Source of the DNA: Planctomycetota bacterium
GTDB lineage: Bacteria > Planctomycetota > SZUA-567 > H5-PLA8
DNA length: 33,472 bases
Assembly: GCA_038227875.1 (NCBI GenBank)
Contig: JBBRPR010000082.1
Span: 1 to 33,472, forward strand
Direction of reading: 5' to 3'
Part shown: positions 7,548 to 17,415 of the stretch, piece by piece
Layout: each line of letters begins with the position of its first letter
Position numbering within the stretch: position 1 is the stretch's first letter
The notes under the pieces: generated by a model
What the model saw: the letters and a program-made list of their open reading frames with translations, nothing else
The model's database searches: none
What the model was told of the DNA's origin: nothing
Translations under genes and position numbers: made by a program

Positions 7548-9353
7548 ATGCGATATTATCTGATCCTGATCGCGCTATCGCTCTCCCTGCAAACGCACGC
7601 CAGCGACGTCTGGCTATTTCTGAAGGACGGGCGCGTCGGACTCGGCGATCCGGCTGCATTGACAGGGACGCTGGCGGACGGCACGGCGCTCACGTTCACG
7701 AAAGACGACATCCAGTCGCAGCGCACAGTTGTTGAGATGGATCAGGCTGTCGACGCGATGCTCGCCGACATCGCACACGGCCGGAATCTCGACGCGCACG
7801 CCACGCGCTTTCGGACGTTCAAGAACGCGGCGGTACCGCGGCTGCTGCAGCATCTGAAGGACGACGCGCAAGCCGGCCGCATCAGCGCACTCTATGCGTT
7901 GCAATTCTGCTGGTCACCGCAGGCGATGGCCGCCGTCGATCCGTTTCTCGATGACAATGACCCGAACATTTTCAAAGGCGCGATGGCGGCCGCGTGCAAC
8001 AACTCCACGGTAAATGTGATGGTCAAGCGTCTGGCAGGCCGCGCCGACGATCCGAACCTGATCATCGCCAGCGCGATCTTCGAATTGATCGAGAAGTACA
8101 AGCCCGACGCGACACTCAAGCGCTTCCGGCGCATGCTCAGCGACGCCAAAGCGCGTACAGCGACGCTGCCTGTGCTGTCGCATTACTTCGCGCCAGATCT
8201 TACGCCGCTGACGTTGCCGCTGCTGAGTTCCACCAACGCCGCCGAGAAGCGCGCGGCCGTCGTGGCGTTGATTCAGCAGAATGCCGACGGCGCCGATGTG
8301 CGGAAACGATTGCTCGCGATGCTGGCGTCTACAGATGCGGATTTGCGCGAAACTCTCGCGGACTATTTCACGTGGCTGGGCAGGAGCGAGGACCTCGAGG
8401 CACTGCGTGCCGCGCGGAAGACGGAGACCGATCTGTACGCGCGCTCGGCCCTGGATGGAGCGCTCAAGGTCATCGAGCACCGATCGACCGAGCGGGCGAA
8501 GCTGCCCGATGGAAAATCAAACGTGATCGCGAAAGCCAATACCGCGGAGAACAGCCTCGCGGGCTACGCGAGTTTTCTGACTGCGTTTGCTTCAACGCCG
8601 AATCGCGGCGATCTCGATGCGGCGCTCGCGTTCTACCGCACCGCCGATCTCTTCGAACCGTTCACGCCGTATGCGGTCGGCTATCCCGACGATCCGGCCT
8701 GCCGTTTCCGCCTGCGCACGCTGCTGGCGCAGCATCTATTCGCCGCGCCGTGCGGAGTGCTGGATGACAAGGCCGTGACGGAATGTCGCGACGAAAAGGA
8801 AGCGCCGGCGGCCCGGCAACTTGTGCCGCCGATCCGCGAGTACTTCGATGCGCGCCGCAAGAGCTTCGGGTTTTTCATGGACGCCGATCGCGCGATGTTC
8901 GCGAACTCCGTCCATGTCGGCGACGACTGCGGCTGGAATCACGAAAGCCGGAGCGTGGTGAGCATCGCGCCGGGCGTCGTCCGTCTGGTCGCGCATATTT
9001 TCACGTGGGGGCACATCGTGGTGGTCGAACACACCGGCGCCGACGGGAAGAAATTCTGCTCGCTCTATGGCCATCTGTCGCCGCTGATCCACGTGCGGCC
9101 CGGTGAGATCGTGGAGGCCGGCCAGAAGCTCGGCTGCATCGGCCGCTGCAACAGCGTCGACAATGGCGGCTACGGCGCGCATCTGCACTTTGGGATTCAC
9201 AAAGGCCCGTACGCCACCGATACGCGCTGGGTTTGCGGCTACGTCGATCCCTTGCTCTTTAAAAATGGCGAGCACGGCTGGTTCGATCCGCAAAACTTTT
9301 TGCAGACTCAGGGCGCAAAGCCGGTGGTGGCAAATTTGCCACCATCGAAATGA
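7548..9353 (+). CDS. Secreted HEAT-repeat protein with C-terminal M23 metallopeptidase domain
   Basis: Signal peptide MRYYLILIALSLSLQTHA; HEAT-like helical repeats; M23 motifs HVGDD, SLYGHL, V..GQKLG.IG, HLHF. Confidence 0.85.
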   Translation: MRYYLILIALSLSLQTHASDVWLFLKDGRVGLGDPAALTGTLADGTALTFTKDDIQSQRTVVEMDQAVDAMLADIAHGRNLDAHATRFRTFKNAAVPRLLQHLKDDAQAGRISALYALQFCWSPQAMAAVDPFLDDNDPNIFKGAMAAACNNSTVNVMVKRLAGRADDPNLIIASAIFELIEKYKPDATLKRFRRMLSDAKARTATLPVLSHYFAPDLTPLTLPLLSSTNAAEKRAAVVALIQQNADGADVRKRLLAMLASTDADLRETLADYFTWLGRSEDLEALRAARKTETDLYARSALDGALKVIEHRSTERAKLPDGKSNVIAKANTAENSLAGYASFLTAFASTPNRGDLDAALAFYRTADLFEPFTPYAVGYPDDPACRFRLRTLLAQHLFAAPCGVLDDKAVTECRDEKEAPAARQLVPPIREYFDARRKSFGFFMDADRAMFANSVHVGDDCGWNHESRSVVSIAPGVVRLVAHIFTWGHIVVVEHTGADGKKFCSLYGHLSPLIHVRPGEIVEAGQKLGCIGRCNSVDNGGYGAHLHFGIHKGPYATDTRWVCGYVDPLLFKNGEHGWFDPQNFLQTQGAKPVVANLPPSK

Positions 9354-9425
9354 GTTTTCATCGCGTGATTGTCGGACGGTGCGACCGAAAATCGATGCGC
9401 GGCCAGGTCGGACTCTGACCACTGA

Positions 9426-9451
9426 ACCCTGTCGTAATTTTACGACGTGGT
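9426..9451. repeat. Imperfect 26-bp palindrome related to 6301-6326
   Basis: ACCCTGTCGTAATTTTACGACGTGGT: 19/26 identical to the 6301 element, with two compensatory base-pair changes. Confidence 0.65.
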
Positions 9452-9466
9452 TAGAAATCACCACTG

Positions 9467-9501
9467 AAAAACAACGCGGGCAGTTCAGAGAACTGCCCGC
9501 G
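9467..9501 (-). terminator. Intrinsic terminator of the DksA/TraR-family gene
   Basis: CGCGGGCAGTTC-AGA-GAACTGCCCGCG 12-bp stem followed on the minus strand by TTGTTTTT. Confidence 0.8.
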
Positions 9502-9523
9502 CGAAAATGAATTTCAGAAGTGT

Positions 9524-9976
9524 TTACGCCTGGTTGTTGTCGTCGCCGATCAACGCTTCTTCGCCATCGTCGGCGATATCGAAGTCGTCCTCGCGCTTGC
9601 GGCGCAGAATGCCGCGCTCTTCAAGCTCCTGACACTTGATGCACATCGTCGCCCACGGCAGCGCTTCGAGGCGGTCGGGATTGATCAGTTGATCGCACTC
9701 TTCGCACTGGCCGTAGGTCTTCTCGCGCACGCGAACCAGCGCGCGGTCGACCTTGCGCAGGAGTTCTTCTTCGCTCTCCATGCTCATGAAGGCGAAGGCC
9801 TGATCGAACGCGTCGGACGCGTTCTCTGCACTGTTGATGGGGGATTTCGAATTCTCGGTCGCCTGCGTGGAATCGGCGGCGTCCTTGGCCAGCAATTCAA
9901 CCTGGTTGGCAAGCGCAGCGCGCTTCTCGAGGAGAATTTCCCTGGACTTGGCTAGTTGTTCGGCGCTCAGTGGCAT
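9524..9976 (-). CDS. TraR/DksA-family C4 zinc-finger transcription factor
   Basis: Coiled coil, then AL.R....YGQCEEC...I...RLEALPWATMCIKCQ; acidic C-terminal tail. Confidence 0.92.
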   Translation of the reverse strand: MPLSAEQLAKSREILLEKRAALANQVELLAKDAADSTQATENSKSPINSAENASDAFDQAFAFMSMESEEELLRKVDRALVRVREKTYGQCEECDQLINPDRLEALPWATMCIKCQELEERGILRRKREDDFDIADDGEEALIGDDNNQA

Positions 9977-10270
9977 GATGAGTTCTCTCTTTGGCTTTAC
10001 GATCTGTCGTACTGCATGCGTTCAACAATGACTTCAGCGGCCCGTATTTTTCTTTCGGACCGCGCGAGATTTTCCAGAGCTTCCCGCGCGCTCGTTTGAA
10101 AAAGAGTTCGTGTGCAGTGAGTTAACCCCCAACCGAATAGAGTCAACCTTTTTCCTCGCCGATTCGAAATTTTTTTCGCGCACGCGTGTAATGGCACACA
10201 CGCAAAAATTTTCCGATCAGCGGAACATCGCGTCTCACACAAGAAACTTTCGTGCCGAACGCAAGCTGTC

Positions 10271-10305
10271 TTGACAGAATTTTTGAGATCGCTAGAACAG
10301 TTCTA
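10271..10305 (+). promoter_or_regulatory. Candidate sigma70 promoter for guaB with an overlapping palindrome
   Basis: TTGACA-16 bp-TAGAAC; TAGAAC-A-GTTCTA inverted repeat at 10293-10305. Confidence 0.45.
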
Positions 10306-10371
10306 TGGAAGACACAACGTCGCCCCTCCTCAATCTCTTTTTCGTCAGCGCTCAAGCTGGCTGCGGTTTAA

Positions 10372-11934
<1,563 letters not shown>

Positions 11935-11951
11935 TCCAGGCCAGCGGCTTG

Positions 11952-13196
11952 CTACGCGGGCTTGAACGTCTGCAGGAAGTGCGCGTAAACCTGCGCGGTC
12001 GCGGTCAGGTCGCTGATGGCGACGCGTTCATCGGTGCCATGCCAGTTCTCGCCCAGCACGCCATAGCCCAACGTTGCAATTTTTCCGGCGATGCGGAAGT
12101 AATGCATGTCGGAAAATCCTTTTGAGCACATAAAGTCGGCTTTGCCGCGCACCGTCGCGACGGATTTCAACAGCGCTTGAGCGAACGGGAGGCGCGTGTC
12201 TTCCAGGCAGGGGAAGATGCGCAGCTGTGTGCTGATCTCGACGGTTGCCCCGGCGCTCTTCGCGGCGCGTTTGACGGCGGCGAACACTTCCTTTTCAGCG
12301 TCAGCGATGCGCTCCGACGGCAGCACACGGCGGTCGATGGTGAACGTGGCCTCTCCGGGCACGGTGTTCACTTTCGCATCGGTGCGGCCAGTGAACACGC
12401 CGCCGATATTGATCGTCGGAAAGCGCACGGGCTCGGCGCCGACGCGGAAGCTGCGTTTCTGGTTCAGCACTTTCTTGTAGGACTGCAGCGCCATAATGAT
12501 CGCCGCCGCCTTTTCGACCGCGTTGACGCCCAAGTCGGGCCGCGACGCATGCGCCGCCTTGCCGCGCACCCGCACGGACATCCACAGCACGCCGTTGTGT
12601 CCGCAGCCGACGTGGTTGGTGAATCCGCCTTCGCAGACGATCGCGTAATCAGGCTGCACGATTTTCTTTTTCACGATGTAACCTGCGCCCAGCTGGCCGC
12701 CGGTTTCTTCGTCGGCCGTCAACGAGATCTCCACGTTCATTGCCGGCTTGACGCCATTGCGCATCAGCGCTTCGACCCCATGAATGCTCGCGACCAGACA
12801 GCCCTTCATATCCGCGGCGCCGCGGCCGTAGAGCCAGCCCTTTTCCACTTTCGGCGTGAACGGCCCGAAGCGCCAACCGTCGGCGACGGGGACGACGTCG
12901 TAGTGGGAATTGAAGTGGACCGTCTTCTTCGCGCCGGTGTTCCAGCGGCCAATCAAATTGAAGCGCGGAAAGGGCGGGTTGTGATTGTCCTTGTCCGGCA
13001 CGCGCAGCACGCGCGTGGTCATGCCGATGGAGCGCAGCTTTTTTTCGAGGACGTCGACCATCTTCCGGTAATTGTTCCCCGGCGGGTTGACAGTGTTGAC
13101 GCTAACGACGTCCTGGAGAAAACGGACGGCCGATTTTTCGTGGCTGCTGATCCAATCGCGAACGGCATCGTGCGGCGTGGGCATGCGGGACCTCAT
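11952..13196 (-). CDS. M20-family metallopeptidase (ArgE/DapE-like)
   Basis: FNSHYDVVP, LYGRGAADMKG, ADEETGG, CEG, G.AAHAS.P..G.NA, H..DE; start may be 13184. Confidence 0.93.
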   Translation of the reverse strand: MRSRMPTPHDAVRDWISSHEKSAVRFLQDVVSVNTVNPPGNNYRKMVDVLEKKLRSIGMTTRVLRVPDKDNHNPPFPRFNLIGRWNTGAKKTVHFNSHYDVVPVADGWRFGPFTPKVEKGWLYGRGAADMKGCLVASIHGVEALMRNGVKPAMNVEISLTADEETGGQLGAGYIVKKKIVQPDYAIVCEGGFTNHVGCGHNGVLWMSVRVRGKAAHASRPDLGVNAVEKAAAIIMALQSYKKVLNQKRSFRVGAEPVRFPTINIGGVFTGRTDAKVNTVPGEATFTIDRRVLPSERIADAEKEVFAAVKRAAKSAGATVEISTQLRIFPCLEDTRLPFAQALLKSVATVRGKADFMCSKGFSDMHYFRIAGKIATLGYGVLGENWHGTDERVAISDLTATAQVYAHFLQTFKPA

Positions 13197-13304
13197 GGGT
13201 TTGGAAATGGTGTAAGGACGCGAGTGTCGGCACTTTTGCGCAGAAAGTCAAGGCGCACGCGATTGGCAATTGGAACCGCGGCGGCTAAAAGTGAGTCTTG
13301 ACGA

Positions 13305-14108
13305 ATGGAGCACGAAGCGTTGGAAACCCACCTGAGCGCCGACGAGATCCAGCACTTCCGCTCCGCGGGGTGGGTCGGCGCGTTTCCGCTGCTCCACGCC
13401 GCCGGCGCGGCTCACGTCTCGCGCGTGCAGTATGAACTCGGCGGCCAGTTCAAGCCCTGCGATTTATCGCAGGTGGCGTCGCCGGAGCATTTTCAGCGCC
13501 ATCCGTGGTTCAAGAGCATGCATGCGTACGTTCCGCTGATCGCGGAGATCGCGGCGCATCCGGCCATCGTCGAACGCGTCGCCGATTTGATTGGACCGGA
13601 CGTGATGGTCTGGGGCACGTCGACCAACGTGAAGCAACCCGGGCAGACACACCGCTGGCACGTCGACATCGAAACCAAGCGCTGGCGCGGCATCACCGCG
13701 TTCATCGGACTGGAAAACCTGACCGCGCTGACGACGCTGAAAGTCGTCAGCCGTTCGCACCTGATTGGCGTCCTGCCGCAGGATGCCGGCATCACCAGCG
13801 ACGAAAGCGCCGTGGTGTTCTGCAAGGCCCGTGACGCGGCGGCCGATCTGGTTCCCGTGCGGATGTCGACGGGCGAATTCTTCCTCTTCGACGGACTGGC
13901 GTGGCACGGTTCGCACAACGCGTCGGCGGCGCCGCGCGTCTCGCTGATCGTTCAATACGCCGCGCCGAGCGCCAAGATCGAAATCCCGGTGACGTGGGAT
14001 CCGCCGGTCCGCTGGATGGACGCCCGCCCGCCGTGCCTGCTAGTTAGGGGCGAGGATAAATTCGGCATCAATCGTTTCGTCACACCGCCGGCAAATTCCA
14101 GGATTTAG
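13305..14108 (+). CDS. Phytanoyl-CoA dioxygenase (PhyH)-family Fe(II)/2-oxoglutarate oxygenase
   Basis: K.PG....WHVD (HxD), LKVV..SH, WHGS..N....R. Confidence 0.88.
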   Translation: MEHEALETHLSADEIQHFRSAGWVGAFPLLHAAGAAHVSRVQYELGGQFKPCDLSQVASPEHFQRHPWFKSMHAYVPLIAEIAAHPAIVERVADLIGPDVMVWGTSTNVKQPGQTHRWHVDIETKRWRGITAFIGLENLTALTTLKVVSRSHLIGVLPQDAGITSDESAVVFCKARDAAADLVPVRMSTGEFFLFDGLAWHGSHNASAAPRVSLIVQYAAPSAKIEIPVTWDPPVRWMDARPPCLLVRGEDKFGINRFVTPPANSRI

Positions 14109-14668
14109 TCGACGTCGCCGCCGTCGCGAGCGCGGCCACTGGCAGGCGGATGCTGCAGCGGTACGTTTTCCATCCACGCCAACGGTTTTTCCAACGCCAC
14201 GCGGTGTTTGTGCATGCAGCGCAGCGAGTGGTCGACATGCATGACCAGGCCCCAATTGCAGTTGTCATTGATTTGGAATTGAATGTTGTTGGTCTTCAGC
14301 CAGGAGACGCCCGGTCGCAGCAGCACCAGCGCAGCGTCGGGAAGCGTGGCCAGCAACGCGCCGACGTCGCGGTGATTCTGATCGAAGACGTCCAGCGCGG
14401 CGGCGATGCTCGCCTTGGATCGTGCAATCGCGGCGGCGTTCCAATCCTTCACGTACGGTCGCGCGATCGATTCGTCCGGCGCGATGGCCTGATAGAACAG
14501 GTCCGTCCAACCAAGATCGACTTCCGTGATGTGGTGAACGTACTCGCCCAGCGACCATTTTCCGGCAATGGGATGCGCGTCAAAGTCCGCGTCGCTCAGG
14601 CCTTCGACGCCCGCGCGAAAACGCTGCCCGACGGAAGCAATCCGCTCTTCCAGCCAACGTGTTGACAT
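14105..14668 (-). CDS. DinB/YfiT-family protein
   Basis: P..GKWS..E..HHI, C-terminal H..H metal ligands; alternative start 14683; 4-bp tail-to-tail overlap with the PhyH gene. Confidence 0.8.
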   Translation of the reverse strand: MSTRWLEERIASVGQRFRAGVEGLSDADFDAHPIAGKWSLGEYVHHITEVDLGWTDLFYQAIAPDESIARPYVKDWNAAAIARSKASIAAALDVFDQNHRDVGALLATLPDAALVLLRPGVSWLKTNNIQFQINDNCNWGLVMHVDHSLRCMHKHRVALEKPLAWMENVPLQHPPASGRARDGGDVD

Positions 14669-14736
14669 GAGATTCCGCTCCACGCCGATCGCTCACGACG
14701 TTGGGCGAAAAAACATGAATGTCAAGTTGCGTGCGT

Positions 14737-16527
14737 CTACTCGCGAACCACGTTCCTCGTGTTTCGCGCATCGATATACACGCCTTCCGCGAAGCGTTTG
14801 CGCGTGGCCTTCTCGGTGTTCTTGCCGATCGTGACGTTCGACGAGCGTGTGATCATGATCGCGCCGTCGGCCTTGGCGTCGATGGCTTCGCCGGTTTTCT
14901 CGAACGGTTGCGTATTGGCATCAATGATCGTGTTGCCGCGGATCGCCACGGTGTCGCTGGAGCTGACCAGGATCGCCAGCCCGGGCGTGTCCTCAATCGT
15001 GTTATTCTCAATCACGACGTTGCGGTGCGCGATGCCGTCGGCGAGGCGACCGGTATCGGCGACGAGGTTGATGCAGGCCATGTGCCGCCCGCCGGCGTTG
15101 CGTTCCCACATCGCGTAGTTGCACCCCTTGAGCGAGTTGTTGCGCACGATCAGATTTTCGCAGCCGTACCCTTCGTGCCAGTAATTGACGTCGGTAGTGA
15201 GCTGCAGCGCGGCGGCCTGCGTGTTCTCAATACGATTATTCTCGACGATGCCATTGCGCGCCTGGATTAGCATGCCGCGCGCGCGATGGTCGTGAAAATG
15301 GTTGTTGCGAATCAGAAAATCCGGGGATGAGCGGCTGACGTCGCCGACGAAATCTCCCACGGCGATGTCGGCAGGCAGATCGGCGTCGACCGTCACGCGG
15401 CTGACCTTGGCCACGGCGTCCCACTCGGCGGCGACGACTTTCAATCGGCAGCGTTCGTCCAGATCTTTCGCACGGCAAAACTTCAGTTCGTCGCCAACGG
15501 AAATTTCCGGACGCTCGCCCCACTTGCTGTCGACGAGCACCTTTCGCGCGCCGCTGCGTTCCTTGATCGTCAACCAGCGGGCGTGAATGTTGACCGAGTC
15601 GTCGCCCATCAGCGTGAAATCGCAGTCTTCAACGACGATGCCGCCCAGCGTTGAGCCGAACCATGCGCCGTCGGCGGTGGTGGTGATCAGTTGCTTGCTA
15701 CCCGGACGGCGCATGATGCGGCAGCCTTTCAAATGAAAGCCGCGGTCGGCACCGTTGGTGTTGAACGCCATGCCCGGCACGGCGTAGAACGTCAGATTCT
15801 CATAGGTCAAATTTCCCGTGCCCGCTCCGTATGCCATTATCGCCGTGGCATGGTAGACCCAATGGCGAACGACGGTGGTCATGCCCGGTTTGAATGCTTT
15901 GAATGCGCTCGATGCGTAGACCTGGGGGTGAACGACTTTTACGTCGGCCGGATTGTAGATTTCAACCGCGTCGTTCTTCCACGCGTTCTTCTCGAAATTA
16001 AATTCGGTCACTGACGTCACAGGCGTCGCAGCGGTGATCGGGAAGTCACCAGCGATGCGGATGACCGTACCAAATTCCGGATCGCTCTCCACCGTCCCCG
16101 GCGACGCGAGCGGCAGATCCCAATCGATACTGAAATTCCTGAGCACCACGCGCTGGCACTTCGTCAGCACAAAGACCGGACGGATGTGATGGAAGATCAA
16201 CTCCGCGCCGTGACCGTCGACCGTCAGATCGTGCAGGGAATCGAGCAGAAACTGAGCGCCCTTCGCATCGAGAATTTCCGGCGAAGTGAATACATACTTG
16301 CCTGCCGGAATGTCGAGCTGCGAGGCCTGTTTCGCTTTGCACGCGGCGAACGCATCACTGAACGCTTTCCACGAACAGCGTGCGCCCGTGGCATCCGCGC
16401 CAAAGTCGCGTACGTTCAGAATCAATTCCTTCTCGGGTTTGGGAAGCGCAATCCAGTCGTCGGCGGACATGGCGGATGCTCCAGCGGTATACACTATGGC
16501 CAGAAAAAGCAGGAGCCCACGGAACAA
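14737..16527 (-). CDS. Secreted right-handed beta-helix protein, GH110 (alpha-1,3-galactosidase)-like
   Basis: NVRDFGA, DGHGAELIFH, NFSIDWD, TTADG, GDDSVNIH, RARGMLIQ...ENN.I. A TTG start at 16527 gives signal peptide MFRGLLLFLAIVYTAGASA; start uncertain (16470 or 16644 possible). Confidence 0.75.
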   Translation of the reverse strand: MFRGLLLFLAIVYTAGASAMSADDWIALPKPEKELILNVRDFGADATGARCSWKAFSDAFAACKAKQASQLDIPAGKYVFTSPEILDAKGAQFLLDSLHDLTVDGHGAELIFHHIRPVFVLTKCQRVVLRNFSIDWDLPLASPGTVESDPEFGTVIRIAGDFPITAATPVTSVTEFNFEKNAWKNDAVEIYNPADVKVVHPQVYASSAFKAFKPGMTTVVRHWVYHATAIMAYGAGTGNLTYENLTFYAVPGMAFNTNGADRGFHLKGCRIMRRPGSKQLITTTADGAWFGSTLGGIVVEDCDFTLMGDDSVNIHARWLTIKERSGARKVLVDSKWGERPEISVGDELKFCRAKDLDERCRLKVVAAEWDAVAKVSRVTVDADLPADIAVGDFVGDVSRSSPDFLIRNNHFHDHRARGMLIQARNGIVENNRIENTQAAALQLTTDVNYWHEGYGCENLIVRNNSLKGCNYAMWERNAGGRHMACINLVADTGRLADGIAHRNVVIENNTIEDTPGLAILVSSSDTVAIRGNTIIDANTQPFEKTGEAIDAKADGAIMITRSSNVTIGKNTEKATRKRFAEGVYIDARNTRNVVRE

Positions 16528-16743
16528 TCGGACCCTGGCAGCCCGTTGAAAAAGCGCCGTTCTGCCAATTTTTTCCCTGAAACCCCTGGCAGTAAAGGCG
16601 TTTCGCGGCGCAGTACAGGGGTTTGTCAACGGGCTGCTAGTCATGGCGGAAATGTACTCCTTCGAAAGTCGTGGCACAATCCAGTAACATCTGCGCATCC
16701 AAATTGTGCCACCTGCGTAACACGCCACTCGGACATGGGAGCC

Positions 16744-17400
16744 ATGACTGAAACTTCTGAAACGAAATCCATCGACCCTGTTGCCGCCAAAGAGACCGGC
16801 CGGCTCGAAGCGTTCAGCGACGGCGTCTTCGGCATCGCGCTCACGCTGCTGGTATTGGAATTGAAAGTGCCGCACCCCGACGCGGCAGCCGGCGCCCGGA
16901 CCTCCGGGGCTCTGTGGAACTCGCTGGGCCAGGAGTGGCCAAGTTATTTCGCTTACGCGACGAGTTTTATTTCCATCTTGATCATGTGGATGCACCACCA
17001 CACCGTTTTTAAATTGGTGCAGAAGACAGACTCGCTGTTGTTGTTCGCAAATGGGTTCTTGCTGCTGGTGGTCACCGTCGTGCCGTTTCCGACCGCGGTA
17101 CTCGCCGATTACCTGATGACGTCGGCGGCTCCCGCGGCGTGCATGTTTTACGCGGGAACGTTTGTGATCATCAGCAGCGCCTACTGCCTGTTGGTGATCG
17201 CCGCGTTCCGCCCAAAAATGCTGGCGCCCAACGCTTCGGCCGCAAAGGTAACGCAGCTGCGGAAGAGCTATTGGCTGGGTCCACCGCTTTATCTTACAGC
17301 GCTGATCGTCGCCGCGTTCAACGTGTGGATTTGCATCGGCATCTGTACCTGTCTCTGGATCTTCTGGGCGATTACCATTATGGACAGTTGCGAAAACTAA
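16744..17400 (+). CDS. TMEM175-family (DUF1211) potassium channel
   Basis: RLEAFSDGVFGIALTLLV signature, W..HH..F, PFPT, six hydrophobic segments. Confidence 0.92.
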   Translation: MTETSETKSIDPVAAKETGRLEAFSDGVFGIALTLLVLELKVPHPDAAAGARTSGALWNSLGQEWPSYFAYATSFISILIMWMHHHTVFKLVQKTDSLLLFANGFLLLVVTVVPFPTAVLADYLMTSAAPAACMFYAGTFVIISSAYCLLVIAAFRPKMLAPNASAAKVTQLRKSYWLGPPLYLTALIVAAFNVWICIGICTCLWIFWAITIMDSCEN

Positions 17401-17415
17401 AAGGCTTGGATCACA

